Assembly: GCF_044704955.1 (NCBI RefSeq) | Contig: NC_091995.1 | Span: forward strand, 99,386,001 to 99,450,000 | Length of the DNA stretch: 64,000 bases | DNA from: Pristiophorus japonicus | Taxonomy: Eukaryota | Direction: 5' to 3' | Shown: piece by piece, positions 1 through 11,628 of the stretch | How the letters are laid out: the number at the start of each line of letters is the position of its first letter | Position numbering within the stretch: the stretch's first letter is position 1 | Program-made: the position numbers and the translations under genes | Notes under the pieces: generated by a model | The model's database searches: none | Seen by the model: the letters and a program-made list of their open reading frames with translations, nothing else | What the model was told of the DNA's origin: nothing

Positions 1-73
1 AGTTACCACGTAACCTTGGGCAGCTCGGTTTCTGAACGCTCTTTCGCTCTTTTATTCATACATACAAACATAC

Positions 74-3000
74 CTACATTGCTACTTGTTTCCATTTGTT
101 TCTCTGACACTTCCTCTGGTATTTCACTACTTTTAGGTTCCTCAATTTCCTGGGTATCTTCACCAATGTTCGTTTCTTGAGCTTCTTGGGGAGTTTCATC
201 ATTGTCAGGGAGTAGATTTACTTCCTTCTCATCACTGTCCATCTCGTTCCCTTTTGCAGCTTCTTCACCAGCTGCAGGTTGCTCTTTCTCATCTGCTGAT
301 GCTTCTTCAGGGATCTCTGCAACTCAAAGGAGAAACAAAACAATCACTTTCTTCCCAGTGGGACTTTGGATCGGAGCTACTTGTGGCTGAATACAGCTTT
401 ACTGGTTTGAAAATACAGTGTAGCCCAATAATTGCTCCATGATTATTATCAATGTCTCTCTCTAGCTGGCCAGAATCAGGCAGGATAATGAATCATACCA
501 CTTCTCCCTTCACTCCCCTCCATTCCCCATACACTTCACCAGCCTCTAGTACTCCATCTGGTAAGCTGCAAAGTAACAAAACTAACTCAGTGGATCCAAG
601 GAAAGTTGTGAAATGTGAGTGACAGGCACAGATTTGAACCTGTAACTTCCCTTGTCACAAGTGCCCAGCCACGTGAGTCATGGTGCTCCAACTCTCTCGG
701 AGTTCTTGAGGTTGCTCATTACACACACTCGTCCACATTTCCTTCTTTCACCTGGTTCATCTGGCTTTTCTTCCATCTGAAATTGCACCATGGAGGGAGC
801 TTCAGCTTTCTCGAGAGTTTCTGCAGCCCCATCTTCCTCTTCCTCTTCTTCAATAAGGCCTTCTGAGGTGAGAAAAAGGAAATACAGCACTTTGTATTCT
901 TTCTTGCTGAGGTTTAAAGCTAATGCATCAGGATGGCATTAATCAGCATATGCCTTTTAATAAATTGAGTTGTTATGGCACAATAAAGAATACGTACGAC
1001 ATTAACAATCCCATGATAGATAGAAAGAAAGAACTTGCAATTATAAAGCACCTCATGCCATCTCAACCACTTCACAGCCAATGAATTACTTTTGAAGTGT
1101 AGTCGCTGTTGTAATATAGGGATACTTGCAGATACATATATTCAGGACCGTATACAGTTAGACAGTTCTGCAGCTTTGTGTGGAATTATTAACTGGAACA
1201 GGATCATTCCTTCCTGGAGAGCCTGGGTAGTGGGCTTGGGAGAGAGCCCTTATTTAGTACTGGGCTGAAACCGTGTATCGTAGCTGTGAGAATGGAGGGA
1301 ACAAGAAGATTGTGGGTGTGGGCCCATTACAGACTTTGCATGTAATCTAGGTTGCGACTTTAATATAGTGGAGAGAGTGCTGCATTGTTGGAGGTGCCGT
1401 GTTTTGGATGCAATAAACTGAGGTCCTGTCTGCCTACTCAGATGTAAAGGATTCATCGGCACTATTTGAAGAAGAGCGGAAGTTCCCCTGATCTCTTATC
1501 TAACACGTCTCCCTTAACAATCACCACCTAAACCTGATTATTAGTCATTCATTTTCTGTTTATTGCATCTTGCTTTTGCATAAATTGGCAGCTATGTTTA
1601 CCTACAAATCTATTGGTACTTTGGGATATTGTGAGAACCTATATAAACGCACATTCTTCCCTTCTAGGAGCTGTCTATTCGGTGGTTGGGTTGGTTTCCC
1701 TTCAGAAATTAGGATTTTAATTTGGGGAGGGGGTGGGTGGCATAAGTTGTGGCTTGCAGAGGTTAGCCATACCGGCTGGTGGCTTTCTAATTCCAGATAC
1801 ACCTTGTGCATCATTTGCTCTGACCGGCAAATGTCCTAAATTGTTCAATAGTGGCATGCTGGCGTACAGTGCCACAAAGCAGTTGGATAAGCCTTATATC
1901 TTGGTTCCAAATACAGAGGGATCATCATATTCTTTCTTTTCTATCACATTTTCACAAGTATATACGAACAATGTATTCACAAAACTGCGAACTTAAACTA
2001 GCTCCACAACAATTAAATACGAACACTTTATTGGGAAAGGGTGGTTTCTCGAACCAAGAGACTAGTGTAACCAGTACTAGTCCGACCAGCTCACAAATTC
2101 ATAGGGACAATGTTTCCATGACTATTTCTGTGGCGTAATAAGGTCTGCAACTGTACCTGCTTGCTAGACAATCAGAACTTCCAAAATACATGTTCTCCAC
2201 TAACATTGTACATAGATATCATCAACTTGGCTAATTTGAGAACACTCTGAGACATAAAGCTGTGGGTTTAAGAACATAAGAACATAAGAATTTGGAACAG
2301 GAGTAGGCCATCTAGCCCCTCGAGCCTGCTCCGCCATTCAACAAGATCATGGCTGATCTGGCCGTGGACTCAGCTCCACTTACCCGCCCGCTCCCCATAA
2401 CCCTTAATTCCCTTATTGGTTAAAAATCTATCTATCTGTGATTTGAATACATTCAATGAGCTAGCCTCAACTGCTTCCTTGGGCAGAGAATTCCACAGAT
2501 TCACAACCCTCTGGGAGAAGAAATTCCTTCTCAACTCAGTTTTAAATTGGCTCCCCCGTATTTTGAGACTGTGCCCCTAGTTCTAGTCTCCCCGACCAGT
2601 GGAAACAACCTCTCTGCCTCTATCTTGTCTATCCCTTTCAATATTTTAAATGTTTCTATAAGATCACCCCTCATCCTTCTGAACTCCAACGAGTAAAGAC
2701 CCAGTCTACTCAATCTATCATCATAAGGTAACCCCCCTCATCTCCAGAATCAGCCAAGTGAATCGTCTCTGCACCCCCTCCAAAGCTAGTATGTCCTTCC
2801 TTAAGTAAGGTGACCAAAACTGCACGCAATACTCCAGGTGCGGCCTCACCAATACCCTATACAGTTGCAGCAGGACCTCCCTGCTTTTGTACTCCATTCC
2901 TCTCGCAATGAAAGCCAACATTCCATTCACCTTCCTGATTACCTGCAAACTAACTTTTTGGGATTCATTCACAAGGACCCCCAGGTCCCTCTGCACCACA

Positions 3001-6000
3001 GCATGTTGTAATTTCTCCCCATTCGAATAATATTCCCTTTTACTGTTTTTTTTTCCAAGGTGGATGACCTCACATTTTCCGACATTGTATTCCATCTGCC
3101 AAACCTTAGCCCATTCGCTTAACCTATCTAAATCTCTTTGCAGCCTCTCTGTGTCCTCTACACAACCCGCTTTCCCACTAATCTTTGTGTCATCTGCAAA
3201 TTTTGTTACACTACACTCTGTCCCCTCTTCCAGGTCATCTATGTATATTGTAAACAGTTGTGGTCTCAGCACCGATCCCTGTGGCACACCACTAACCACC
3301 GATTTCCAACCCGAAAAGGACCCATTTATCCCGACTCTCTGCTTTCTGTTAGCCAGCCAATTCTCGATCCATGCTAATACATTTCCTCTGACTCCACGTA
3401 CCTTTATCTTCTGCAGTAACCTTTTGTGTGGCATCTTATCGAATGCCTTTTGGAAATCTAAATACACCACATCCATCGGTACACCTCTATCCACCATGCT
3501 CGTTATATCCTCAAGACTCACTGTCAAACTGGAGCACTATCAGGCTGACACTTCAGCACGGTACTGAGATATCAGTGAATTGTGGAAGGTGCCAGCCTTC
3601 AATTGAGAGATTTTTTTCAGGTGGATGTTAAAAGATCTCCTGATTGAAGAGCAGGGAGTTCTTCTGGCCTACATTCTTCCTTCAACCAACATCCGCCCAT
3701 GACTGGTGAGCTCCGCAGGGCATTAACTGCATCACTGATTATGAGAATGAGATGGTGATTTTGTTTTATTTTGTGAATCTTTAAATTTAATTGGGCTATT
3801 TTCAAGAGTGCCTCACTGCTCAAGTTTTGAGGGCACTCTGTCCCAGTGGGTTACCAGGGTCAATCATTTTGGTCGAATTAAAATAGACCCAACCAACACC
3901 ATGACCATTCATCTTGTTGCTGCTTTTGCCTACTTTACAGCAATCGCTTGTATGTGAAGTGCACTTGGATGTCCCGGGTGATGCAGTAAGTCATTATCCC
4001 AATGCAAAGATGTTTATCTTTGTGCACAAAAAAATTCCGTGAAGGGAATCACATTAAAATATTCATCTTGACATTTAGTGAAGGAATAGGCTGCGAGATG
4101 GTGCGGGAATGGGACAAATTAGGAGCGCCAGAGGTTAGGTGGCTGGCTGGCATGTGAGCGCACCTATGGCTATTAGTAATTCACCAAGTATCGGACTTGG
4201 CTGCTGTATGTTGCACAGTACTATGGAATCATTGTGTGGTAGGGAATGGCATTTCTGCTCAACAATTGAGAACGCACCTTTCCTGTTAAACAATAATGCT
4301 GTGACAGTGCTGGGAGCTCTGGAGGCGCTAACACCACAAAATGTCCTGTTCTCTGAAGGGGGCCTGTGGCGATGGACAGCAGGGCAATCACCAACCAAAA
4401 GCAGCAGTACTGCCTCCTTTTAAAGACACCATGATAAGACACTGGTGGGTTTCTTTATAAAGTTGCTGGCTTGTTACAATTGTTTTCTGCACAGTGTGTA
4501 AAGACAGTATTTGCTGAAAAGACTGTGAGCGGTAGTGAAAGGACAGGTCCAGCACCCACAACCTGGAACGTGTTGCTCAACATTTCACCGTTTCCACGGT
4601 GTATCCCGGCTTTCCGCCAATATTCCGCCGCAGTTACGGCAGCCATTCAAGAGGAACCTCTGAGAAAATTCCTGAGCTTGTTTTTATCTGAATAAGCTAA
4701 CACTGAGTTAAAAACGGAGAACCAATTCTAACAGTTGATGAAAATTATGCTTTTACTGCTCTAACATTTAAAAAATTAAATCAAGCGAATTTTAATTACA
4801 ATTGTACACAAGGACTCACCTTGCTTTCGGTGGGATTGTAGCGCACTTGACAGTTGCTATTAGGGAAGAAAATGAATAAGTGTCAAAGGCTTGGATCATT
4901 CATGCCATCACTATAGGTTGGATTAGGGCCAAAGTTTACAGAGGTGAAAGGTCAGTGCCTAAACCATTGTGCCAGGCAGTGTCAGCCTTCAAACTCCTTT
5001 GAAGGTATGTTGATATGGGCAGCGCCGCTGGAAAGAAACTGAGGCTTTGCCATTGCCATTGTCATGTGAATTATTCATACTGGCTCAGTTACTGGGACAG
5101 CTTCACTGGAACCACTGAAAGGCCCAGACATGGTCACCAGAGCAAACCCCAATGCAACTTCATCAACTTCTAGCCAAACATTTTTTTTAGTCAGTTTTGT
5201 TTAGCTTGAAAACTTCATGGAAGGAACAACTATAAATCTTGATAACAGCACTGTGTGCGTCACTGGTCAAACCTGGCGAAGTGCCTTTCATACCAGGAGT
5301 TGCATTATATGCAAAGAGCTTGGAGATATGATCAGGTGGTATAAAATTCAAGTATTATTTTCTGTCTTTTGCAGCAGAGTAAAACAATGGATATTTAAAA
5401 ACTATTAATTTTCTTCCCAATACCAAAATATCATTTTGCAGAAGCAACCACTGAGTTATAGTTCCAGATTTAACAATATTCGAATACTAAAACTGATAAA
5501 TTAATGTGTTAATGAAATAAACACATTGGGAGATTACTTTCTTTATTCTCTTATGTTCGCACATAATAAGATGTAGATAGACACAGACAGATTGGACCTT
5601 TACTGGGGTAGTGTTGGAGGGATTGCAATTCACCTATGGGCTAGGTAAGGGGAAACTCAGGAAAGGTTTCCACTCCTGTTTCCTGTGTAAAACCCTTCCT
5701 GAAAAGTTGGAGCTGGGGCTGGGGTCAGGGTCTGGGGATTGTGGTCTGGGGTCAGGATCGTGCTCTCCCTATATGTCTGAGGTCCTGGTCAGGGTCTGGG
5801 TTCTGAGTCGGGGGTGAGGAGGCTGGGGTCAGGGCTCTGGGGGTTATGGTTTGGGGTTGGAGGCTAGGGTCCATGGGTCAGAGGTCATGGTCTGGGGTTC
5901 ATGGGTCGGTGGTTAGGATCGGGAGGTTGGGGTCCATGGGGCTGCGGTTCAGGGTCAGTGGACCATGGGTCAGAGGTCGTGGTCTGGGGCTAGAGGCTGG

Positions 6001-7717
6001 GGTCTATGGGTCAGGAGTCTGGGGTCCATGGGTCAGGGGGCTGGGGCCTATGGGTCAGGGGTCTATGGGTCAGGGGTCCATGGGTTAGGGGGCTGGGATC
6101 CATGGGTCAGGGGTCCATGTGTCAGGGGTCCATGGGTCGGGGTCTATGGGTCAGGGGGCTGGGATCCATGGGTCAGGGGTCCATGGGTCAGGGGTCCATG
6201 GATCAGGGGCTGGGGTCCATGAGTCAGGGGTCCGTGGGTCAGGGGTCCATGGGTCAGAGGGCTGGGGTCCATGGGTCAGGGGTCCATGGGTCAGGGGTCC
6301 ATGAGTCAGGGGTCGTGGGTCAGGGGGCTGGGGTCCATGGGTCAGGGGTCCATGGGTCAGGGGCTGGAGTTCAGGGGTCCATGGGTCAGGGGCTGGGGTC
6401 CATGAGTCAGTGGTCTGTGGGTCAGGGGTCCATGGGTCAGGGGCTGGAGTCCATGGGTCAGGGGTCTATGGGTCAGGGGTCCGTGGGTCAGGCGGCCATG
6501 GGTCAGGGGCTGGAGTCCATGGGTCAGGGGTCCGTGGGCCATGGGTCAGGGGCCGGAGTCCATGGGTCAGGGTCCCATGGGTCAGGGGTCTATGGGTCAG
6601 GGGGCTGTGGTCCATGGGTCAGGGGTCCATGGGTCTGCAGTTGGTGTGCACGGGTCGGGCAGGGTGAGGGGGCAGGGGCTGGGGTCCATGGGTCGGGGGT
6701 TGGTGTGCATGTGTTGGGCTGGGTCAGGGGTCCATGGGTCAGGGGGCAGGGTCCATGGGTCAGGGGCTGGGGTCTATGAGTCAGGCTCCCCCTGTGGGGA
6801 ATGCCCTGCTGTCTGGGCCCACACCAACAATGGTCATCTGGTGCAAGAACAACTTGTATTCCTATAGCACCTTTAATGTAGTGAAACGCCCCAAGGCGCT
6901 TCACAGCAGTGTTATAAGACAAAAATTTGATACTGAGCCACGCAAGAAATTAGGGCCGGTGACCAGAAGCTTGGTCAAAGAGGTCGGTTTTAAGGAGCGT
7001 CTTGAAGGAGGATAGAGAGGTGGAGAGGTTTAGGGAGGGAGTTCCAGAGCTTGGGGCCCAGGCAACAGAAGGCACGGCCACCGATGGTGGAGCGATTATA
7101 ATCAGGGATGGTCAAGAGGGCAGAATTGGAGCAGGTGGTGAAGGGCGGCAGGAACCGGCCCCCGGCCTGAGGCCGTGGCTCCACGAGCGGGGCGGTGAGG
7201 ATGGACAGAGGGCCCAACGTTGATATTTCTGAAGCAAGGACATTAAATTTGAGCCACGCTTTAAACTGAATAAAGCGTCCAGTCCGAATCACCAATCAGC
7301 ACACGGTGTGCCGCGTCAATCACAGCAAGCGACCAATGGAGCGGCTCGGAGGGCGGGATCCAGCCTGATGGACAGCTCCACATGACCAATAGAGCGGCGC
7401 GAAGGGCGGGAGCCAGCCTGATGGACAGCTCGAGCGACCAATAGAGCGGCTCGGAGGGCAGGGGCCAGCCTGATGGACAGCTCCACCGACCAATAGAGCG
7501 GCGCGGAGGGCGGGACCGCGGTCGGCGGCCCGGTGGGTGATGGTCATAAATAAGCCGCGGATTTGATTAAACTCGATAAACCGAAGTGGGATACATGGCT
7601 GGAGTTGTTGATTTGCTGCAGGCGTCGCTTTAGTTCCCGGAGGAAGGGACTGTCCCGCTGAAAAGGCGGAAAACGCGGAGCGGCTTAGCCCCTGCTCACC
7701 TCACCGAACTTCACCAT
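74..7717 (-). CDS. 5' part of an unidentified gene with an acidic (Glu-rich) N-terminus; continues off the left edge; candidate ciliary gene
   Basis: Exons 7717-7700 (GCCGCCATGG Kozak, MVKFGE, donor GTGAGC), 4856-4820 (QLSSALQSHRKQ, donor GTGAGT), 862-752 (EGLIEEEEEEDGAAETLEK..) and 316-74 (EIPEEASADEKEQ..METSSNV, donor GTATGT). Intron phases 0/1/1/1 are mutually compatible and the acceptors have polypyrimidine-AG. Identity not recognised. Confidence 0.65.
1020..1615. mobile_element. Degenerate SINE fragments (DeuSINE/SacSINE-like, L2-type tail)
   Basis: Similar to the SINE at 26215-26890 (gcactatttgaagaagagc.., aaattggcagc..); a minus-strand tail fragment lies at ~1020-1120. Confidence 0.5.
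2272..3513 (-). mobile_element. 5'-truncated CR1 LINE (RT domain + 3' UTR)
   Basis: YLDFQKAFDK, GVPQGSVL, KFADDTK and RPHLEYCVQFWSP motifs; (TTCTTATG)n tail at ~2272-2290; frameshifted near 2720. Confidence 0.92.
5715..6785. repeat. G-rich minisatellite (core GGGTCAGGGGTCCAT, ~17/23-bp variants)
   Basis: Directly visible tandem array; it produces the spurious G/S-rich ORFs at 5846-6922. Confidence 0.95.
6848..7132 (-). mobile_element. L2-clade LINE 3' fragment
   Basis: GGRAFCCLGPKLWNSLP motif; shares its 3' end with copies at 24603 and 29954. Confidence 0.75.
7290..7555 (+). promoter_or_regulatory. Array of CCAAT boxes in a ~52-bp tandem repeat within the CpG island
   Basis: CCAAT at ~7292, 7333, 7386, 7438 and 7490; repeated unit GACCAATAGAGCGGC...CCAGCCTGATGGACAGCTC; TAAATAA at ~7547. 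Confidence 0.45.
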
Positions 7718-7729
7718 GGCGGCGCCTCG

Positions 7730-7743
7730 GTTACCATGGTGAC
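7730..7743. promoter_or_regulatory. RFX X-box
   Basis: GTTACCATGGTGAC (minus strand GTCACCATGGTAAC) matches the palindromic X-box consensus and lies just upstream of the ATG, in a CpG-rich region (~7130-7770). Confidence 0.7.
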
Positions 7744-8199
7744 CCAGCCTGCCCCGCGCCGGCCTGGATTTAAAGGGACAGCACACACCCTGAGTTCCAA
7801 GGCAAGGGCAGTGGCTCATTGGGACCTGTCCATCTTCAGCTATTGGGAATATCCCAGCTAAATGTTTAAAATATCTTCCTGTTACCATCCAACTATAAAA
7901 TATAATGGGGAAAAACTGCAAATGCTGGAAATAAAGAGGTCAGGCATCTGAAAAACAAGCCATAAATGTTTAGATGTGTGCACTTTATGGGACCTGAACC
8001 TTGCAACTGTCTGACTTGTTTCTTTGTTGTTGAAATTTATTGGTTTTGAATGTGTGAAAGTTGGATTTTAAAGTAATGTCAAAATTATCAGATCGGTCAG
8101 GTAATGCTAGAAAACTCAATGGACAATCAGGCTCTGTAGTTATAACGGACCAACATTGCTAGAGATTGACTGGATTGAAAGGTCCCTCTTGTTTTTGAT

Positions 8200-8540
8200 A
8201 TCTTTGTTTCCAAATCGCTCCACGGCCTCACCCCTCCCTATCTCTGACTTCCTCCAGCCCCACAACCCTTCAAGATCGCTGCACTCCTCCAATTCTGGCC
8301 TCTTGCGCATCCCCAATTTTGATCACTCCACCAGTGGAGGTCATGCCTTCAACTAGCTACAGCCTAAGCTCTGGCATTCCCTCCCTAAATCTGTTTGGCT
8401 TTCCTCCTTTAAGACACTTCTTAAAACCTACCTCTTTGATCAAGCTTCAGGTCATCTGTCCTACTATCTCAAATTTTGTTTGTTAACACTCCTTTGAAAT
8501 CCCTTGGGACGTTTTATGTTAAAAGTGCTATGTTGTTGAT
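8200..8540 (+). mobile_element. Degenerate L2-clade LINE 3' fragment
   Basis: Reverse complement of the 6848/29954 family (ctccagccccacaaccct.., ttaaaacctacctctttga). Confidence 0.65.
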
Positions 8541-8639
8541 AATCAGGGTATACTCCTAATGATCCCTTCATTCAGCAGTATTTCACAAATGTTGGAAGTA
8601 CAATAAAATCTTCATGTTTTTCTCGTGCTCTTATATTCT

Positions 8640-9420
8640 GTCAAGTGTAGCTCAGTGGTAGCACACGCGCCTGAGTTAGAAGGTTGTGGGTTCAAGGTGC
8701 CCTCTCAGATGAGACGTTAAACCAAGACCTCCTCTTCCCTCTCATATCATCCTAGGCAGTCCCTCAGAATCGAGGAAGACTTGCTTCCACTCCTAAAGTG
8801 AGTCCTTTGGTGGCTGAAGAGTCCAATGCGAGCCACAGACCGTCACAGGTGGGACAGACATTCGTCAGGGGAATGGGACTGATTTGCCGCATACTCCTTC
8901 CGCTGCCTGCGCCTGACCTCTTCATGCTCGCAGCATTGAGATTCGAAGGGCTCAACGTCCTCCCGGATGCACTTTCTCCACCTCGGGCGGTCTTCGGCCA
9001 AGGACTCCCAGGTGTCAGTGGTGATGTTGCACTTTACCAGGGAGGCTTTGAGGGTGTCCTTGTAACGTTTCCGCTGCCCACCTTTGGCTCGTTTGCCGGG
9101 AAGGAGCTCCGCATAGAGCAATTGCTTAGGGAGCCTCGTGTCTGGCATGCAAACTATTTGGCATGCTGTCTGACATGCGAACTTCCCTCTCACAACACTA
9201 TTATCAAAGAGCAGGGGAGTTTTCCTGGTATCCTGCCCAATATTTATCTCTCAACCAACATCATCATCTCATTGCTGTTCGTGGGGCCTTCCTGTGCATA
9301 AATTGGCTGCTGCATTTCCTACATTACAGCAGTGACTCTACTTCAAAATTAATTCATTGGTTGTAAAGTCCTTTGGGATATCCGGAGATCATGAAAGGCA
9401 CTATATGAAAGCAATTCTTT
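8640..9420. mobile_element. SINE (plus) interrupted by an RTE-clade LINE 3' fragment (minus, ~8745-9170)
   Basis: tRNA-like head (gctcagtggtagcac..gggttcaag) at ~8648-8700 and SINE body/tail at ~9190-9420; RTE motif MPDTRLPKQLLYAEL..GKRAKGGQRKRYKDTLK between them. Confidence 0.75.
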
Positions 9421-11628
9421 ATTGTGGCATTCTATTTTACTGTACTCTTGCTGCACATCTTTTTAATGTTGTAAATGTATTATAAATGCAAGTATGTAAA
9501 TATCATGACTTGCATTATTAACCAAGAATATTCTAGTTATTCAAAGCAGATTGTTGGGATGGGGTTAAAACATGAGAACAGCTGGATGTATTATGAATTT
9601 ACTGAGACCACAGGGAAAGATGTTGGGTGTTTCACTTGTGGGCAAACAAACTCGAGATTATCTCAGGTATAAATAAAAGCAATGGATACCATCATTGGAC
9701 CAAATCTGTTTACTTCATCCTGTATAACATTTAAACAAACCCAGAGAAATCAAACAGTACAATAATTCACTACAATGACCAATTTGCAGTGCCTCAATGT
9801 TCAGGTGCATGGAATATTAATTGAATGCGTGTCGTCACCAGTTTCCGTAATTGTGTAAATGGAAAATGTATGAAATATTCATACAATGTCCACTTGAACT
9901 AGGTTGTGTCTGGAAAGAGAATTTTGAGATTTACAACACTGGTGGTACTAGTAACAGCAGAATTTGGAGGCAATGAATTTGCAGTGGCACACAAGAATGG
10001 TATGGCTCATTAATGGCCATTGGCTTACGTGATTTTCCTATAATGTATCGATATACTAAATGTTGCTAAGGACACCAGCATAAAGCCATTCCTATACTTT
10101 TCCCTTCCAATATTTTTCTTTTAAGTTCCATGTTTTCACCGTGTACAATGCAGGATGTAAAAACATGCATGAAAAGCAGGTTTGTATATAGAATTCAATT
10201 CAGCTCCAAATTAATTGCCACAATCAAATACACCACTGTTAGAATGAAAAATAGGTTTGGGTCATTGTTTTAAAGTTATCTTCATTTCCATTAAAATTTC
10301 TTGCTTTTCCACAGAAAAGCTAAATAAAATTCAGCATAAGATTTTTACTTTCACATTGCGTACTTGTAAAAGGTGAAGTATCAAATTACTCTTACCAATC
10401 GGCAAGACAATCTTAAAGAGAATTGTAATGCAGAGCGATAGACTAGTGCCAACTTGTACCAAGTCGGTCCAATTTATCCCCCGAGTATTCACCAGTACTG
10501 AGACAGTGCCATCGAATGGTTATTGTAAAACATGAAAAATAGGAAGAGCAAGAATTCATTTCAAAAAGGACCTCTGCATCTCACCACGTACTACTGGTAA
10601 AGACCTGGTAGCGATACCACTGATACAACTCGAGCATGGTTTCAGAAGTTGAACTAAGTAGGGGTCAACAGAAGGAGAATGCCCCCTCCATCTAATCATG
10701 CTGCCAGTACAAGCCCAATGATTATACCGACTCGTAAAGCCAATGAACTGATCGAACATACTGCACTGAAGAGACACAAGACTACAACTGCATGACCAGC
10801 ATTATCTGCTTTGTTCCTAACCTTTTTATAAATTATTTTTTAACCAATCTGAACTTTGTGCTCATCAAGTTGAGAGATGTTAGTCCTGGGAAATAGAACA
10901 CTTTCCATTTCAGCCACCCAGTGTCAACAACAGGCATTCCTGGAGAAGGTAGACTGTGGTTAGATACAGAGCAAAAGCTCTCTTTATTCTGCCCCAACCT
11001 CAGATTACAACCCACTATGCCCCAGTATAATATTACTCCATTATCCATATCCGCTATCCTGTTTGTCTGACTGTTAGACAATTTAGTGTCAATTTAGGGG
11101 CAGAAAGACTTTGACGACGCGTGAACCTGGAGTTTAAATTATGCACAAGTGCAAGTGATGTTTGCCATGTGCTGTAAAAGTTGTGTAGTGGTTACACCTT
11201 TTAAAAACATCCCGGGCATGTCTCAGTCTTGGAACAGTCATCTTTTTAACCAGGTTGTGGTAACCATACATAATCTAACCAACTACCAAAACAAATGTGT
11301 GTCTCTATATACACGTTGACATACAACGTTTTACTTGAACCCCATTTATTACCCCATAAGTAGTCAACAAGTCTGATCTTCAGCCACAGTGTTTGCAAAC
11401 TCACGCGTGAGGGTCTGTTCTCAGCTACACAACTTCAACCATAACAGGTTATGGAGCTGAGCTTTATCACATGTCCAATGTTTGTCCAGTCAGTGCACAA
11501 GCATTCAGATTTCACTAATGTTTAAAAAAAATACAAAGCAAACTTAGGAATGAATACACACAAAAATCTCAAAAAACCACCGAGCGTTTGGTAGTCTAGG
11601 ACAAGGGGAGGGCAAAAGTCTGGGTTAG

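Noticed and set aside
4135-4442. CCMLH and IEN words reminiscent of a Harbinger transposase
   Set aside because: The motif order is wrong and there is no DDE core or terminal inverted repeat; unsupported.
5846-6922. Long Gly/Ser/Pro-rich ORFs
   Set aside because: They are translations of the G-rich minisatellite.
7290-7620. Histone-promoter-like CCAAT/TATA arrangement (histone genes flank WBP11 in human)
   Set aside because: No histone ORF or 3' stem-loop was found downstream.
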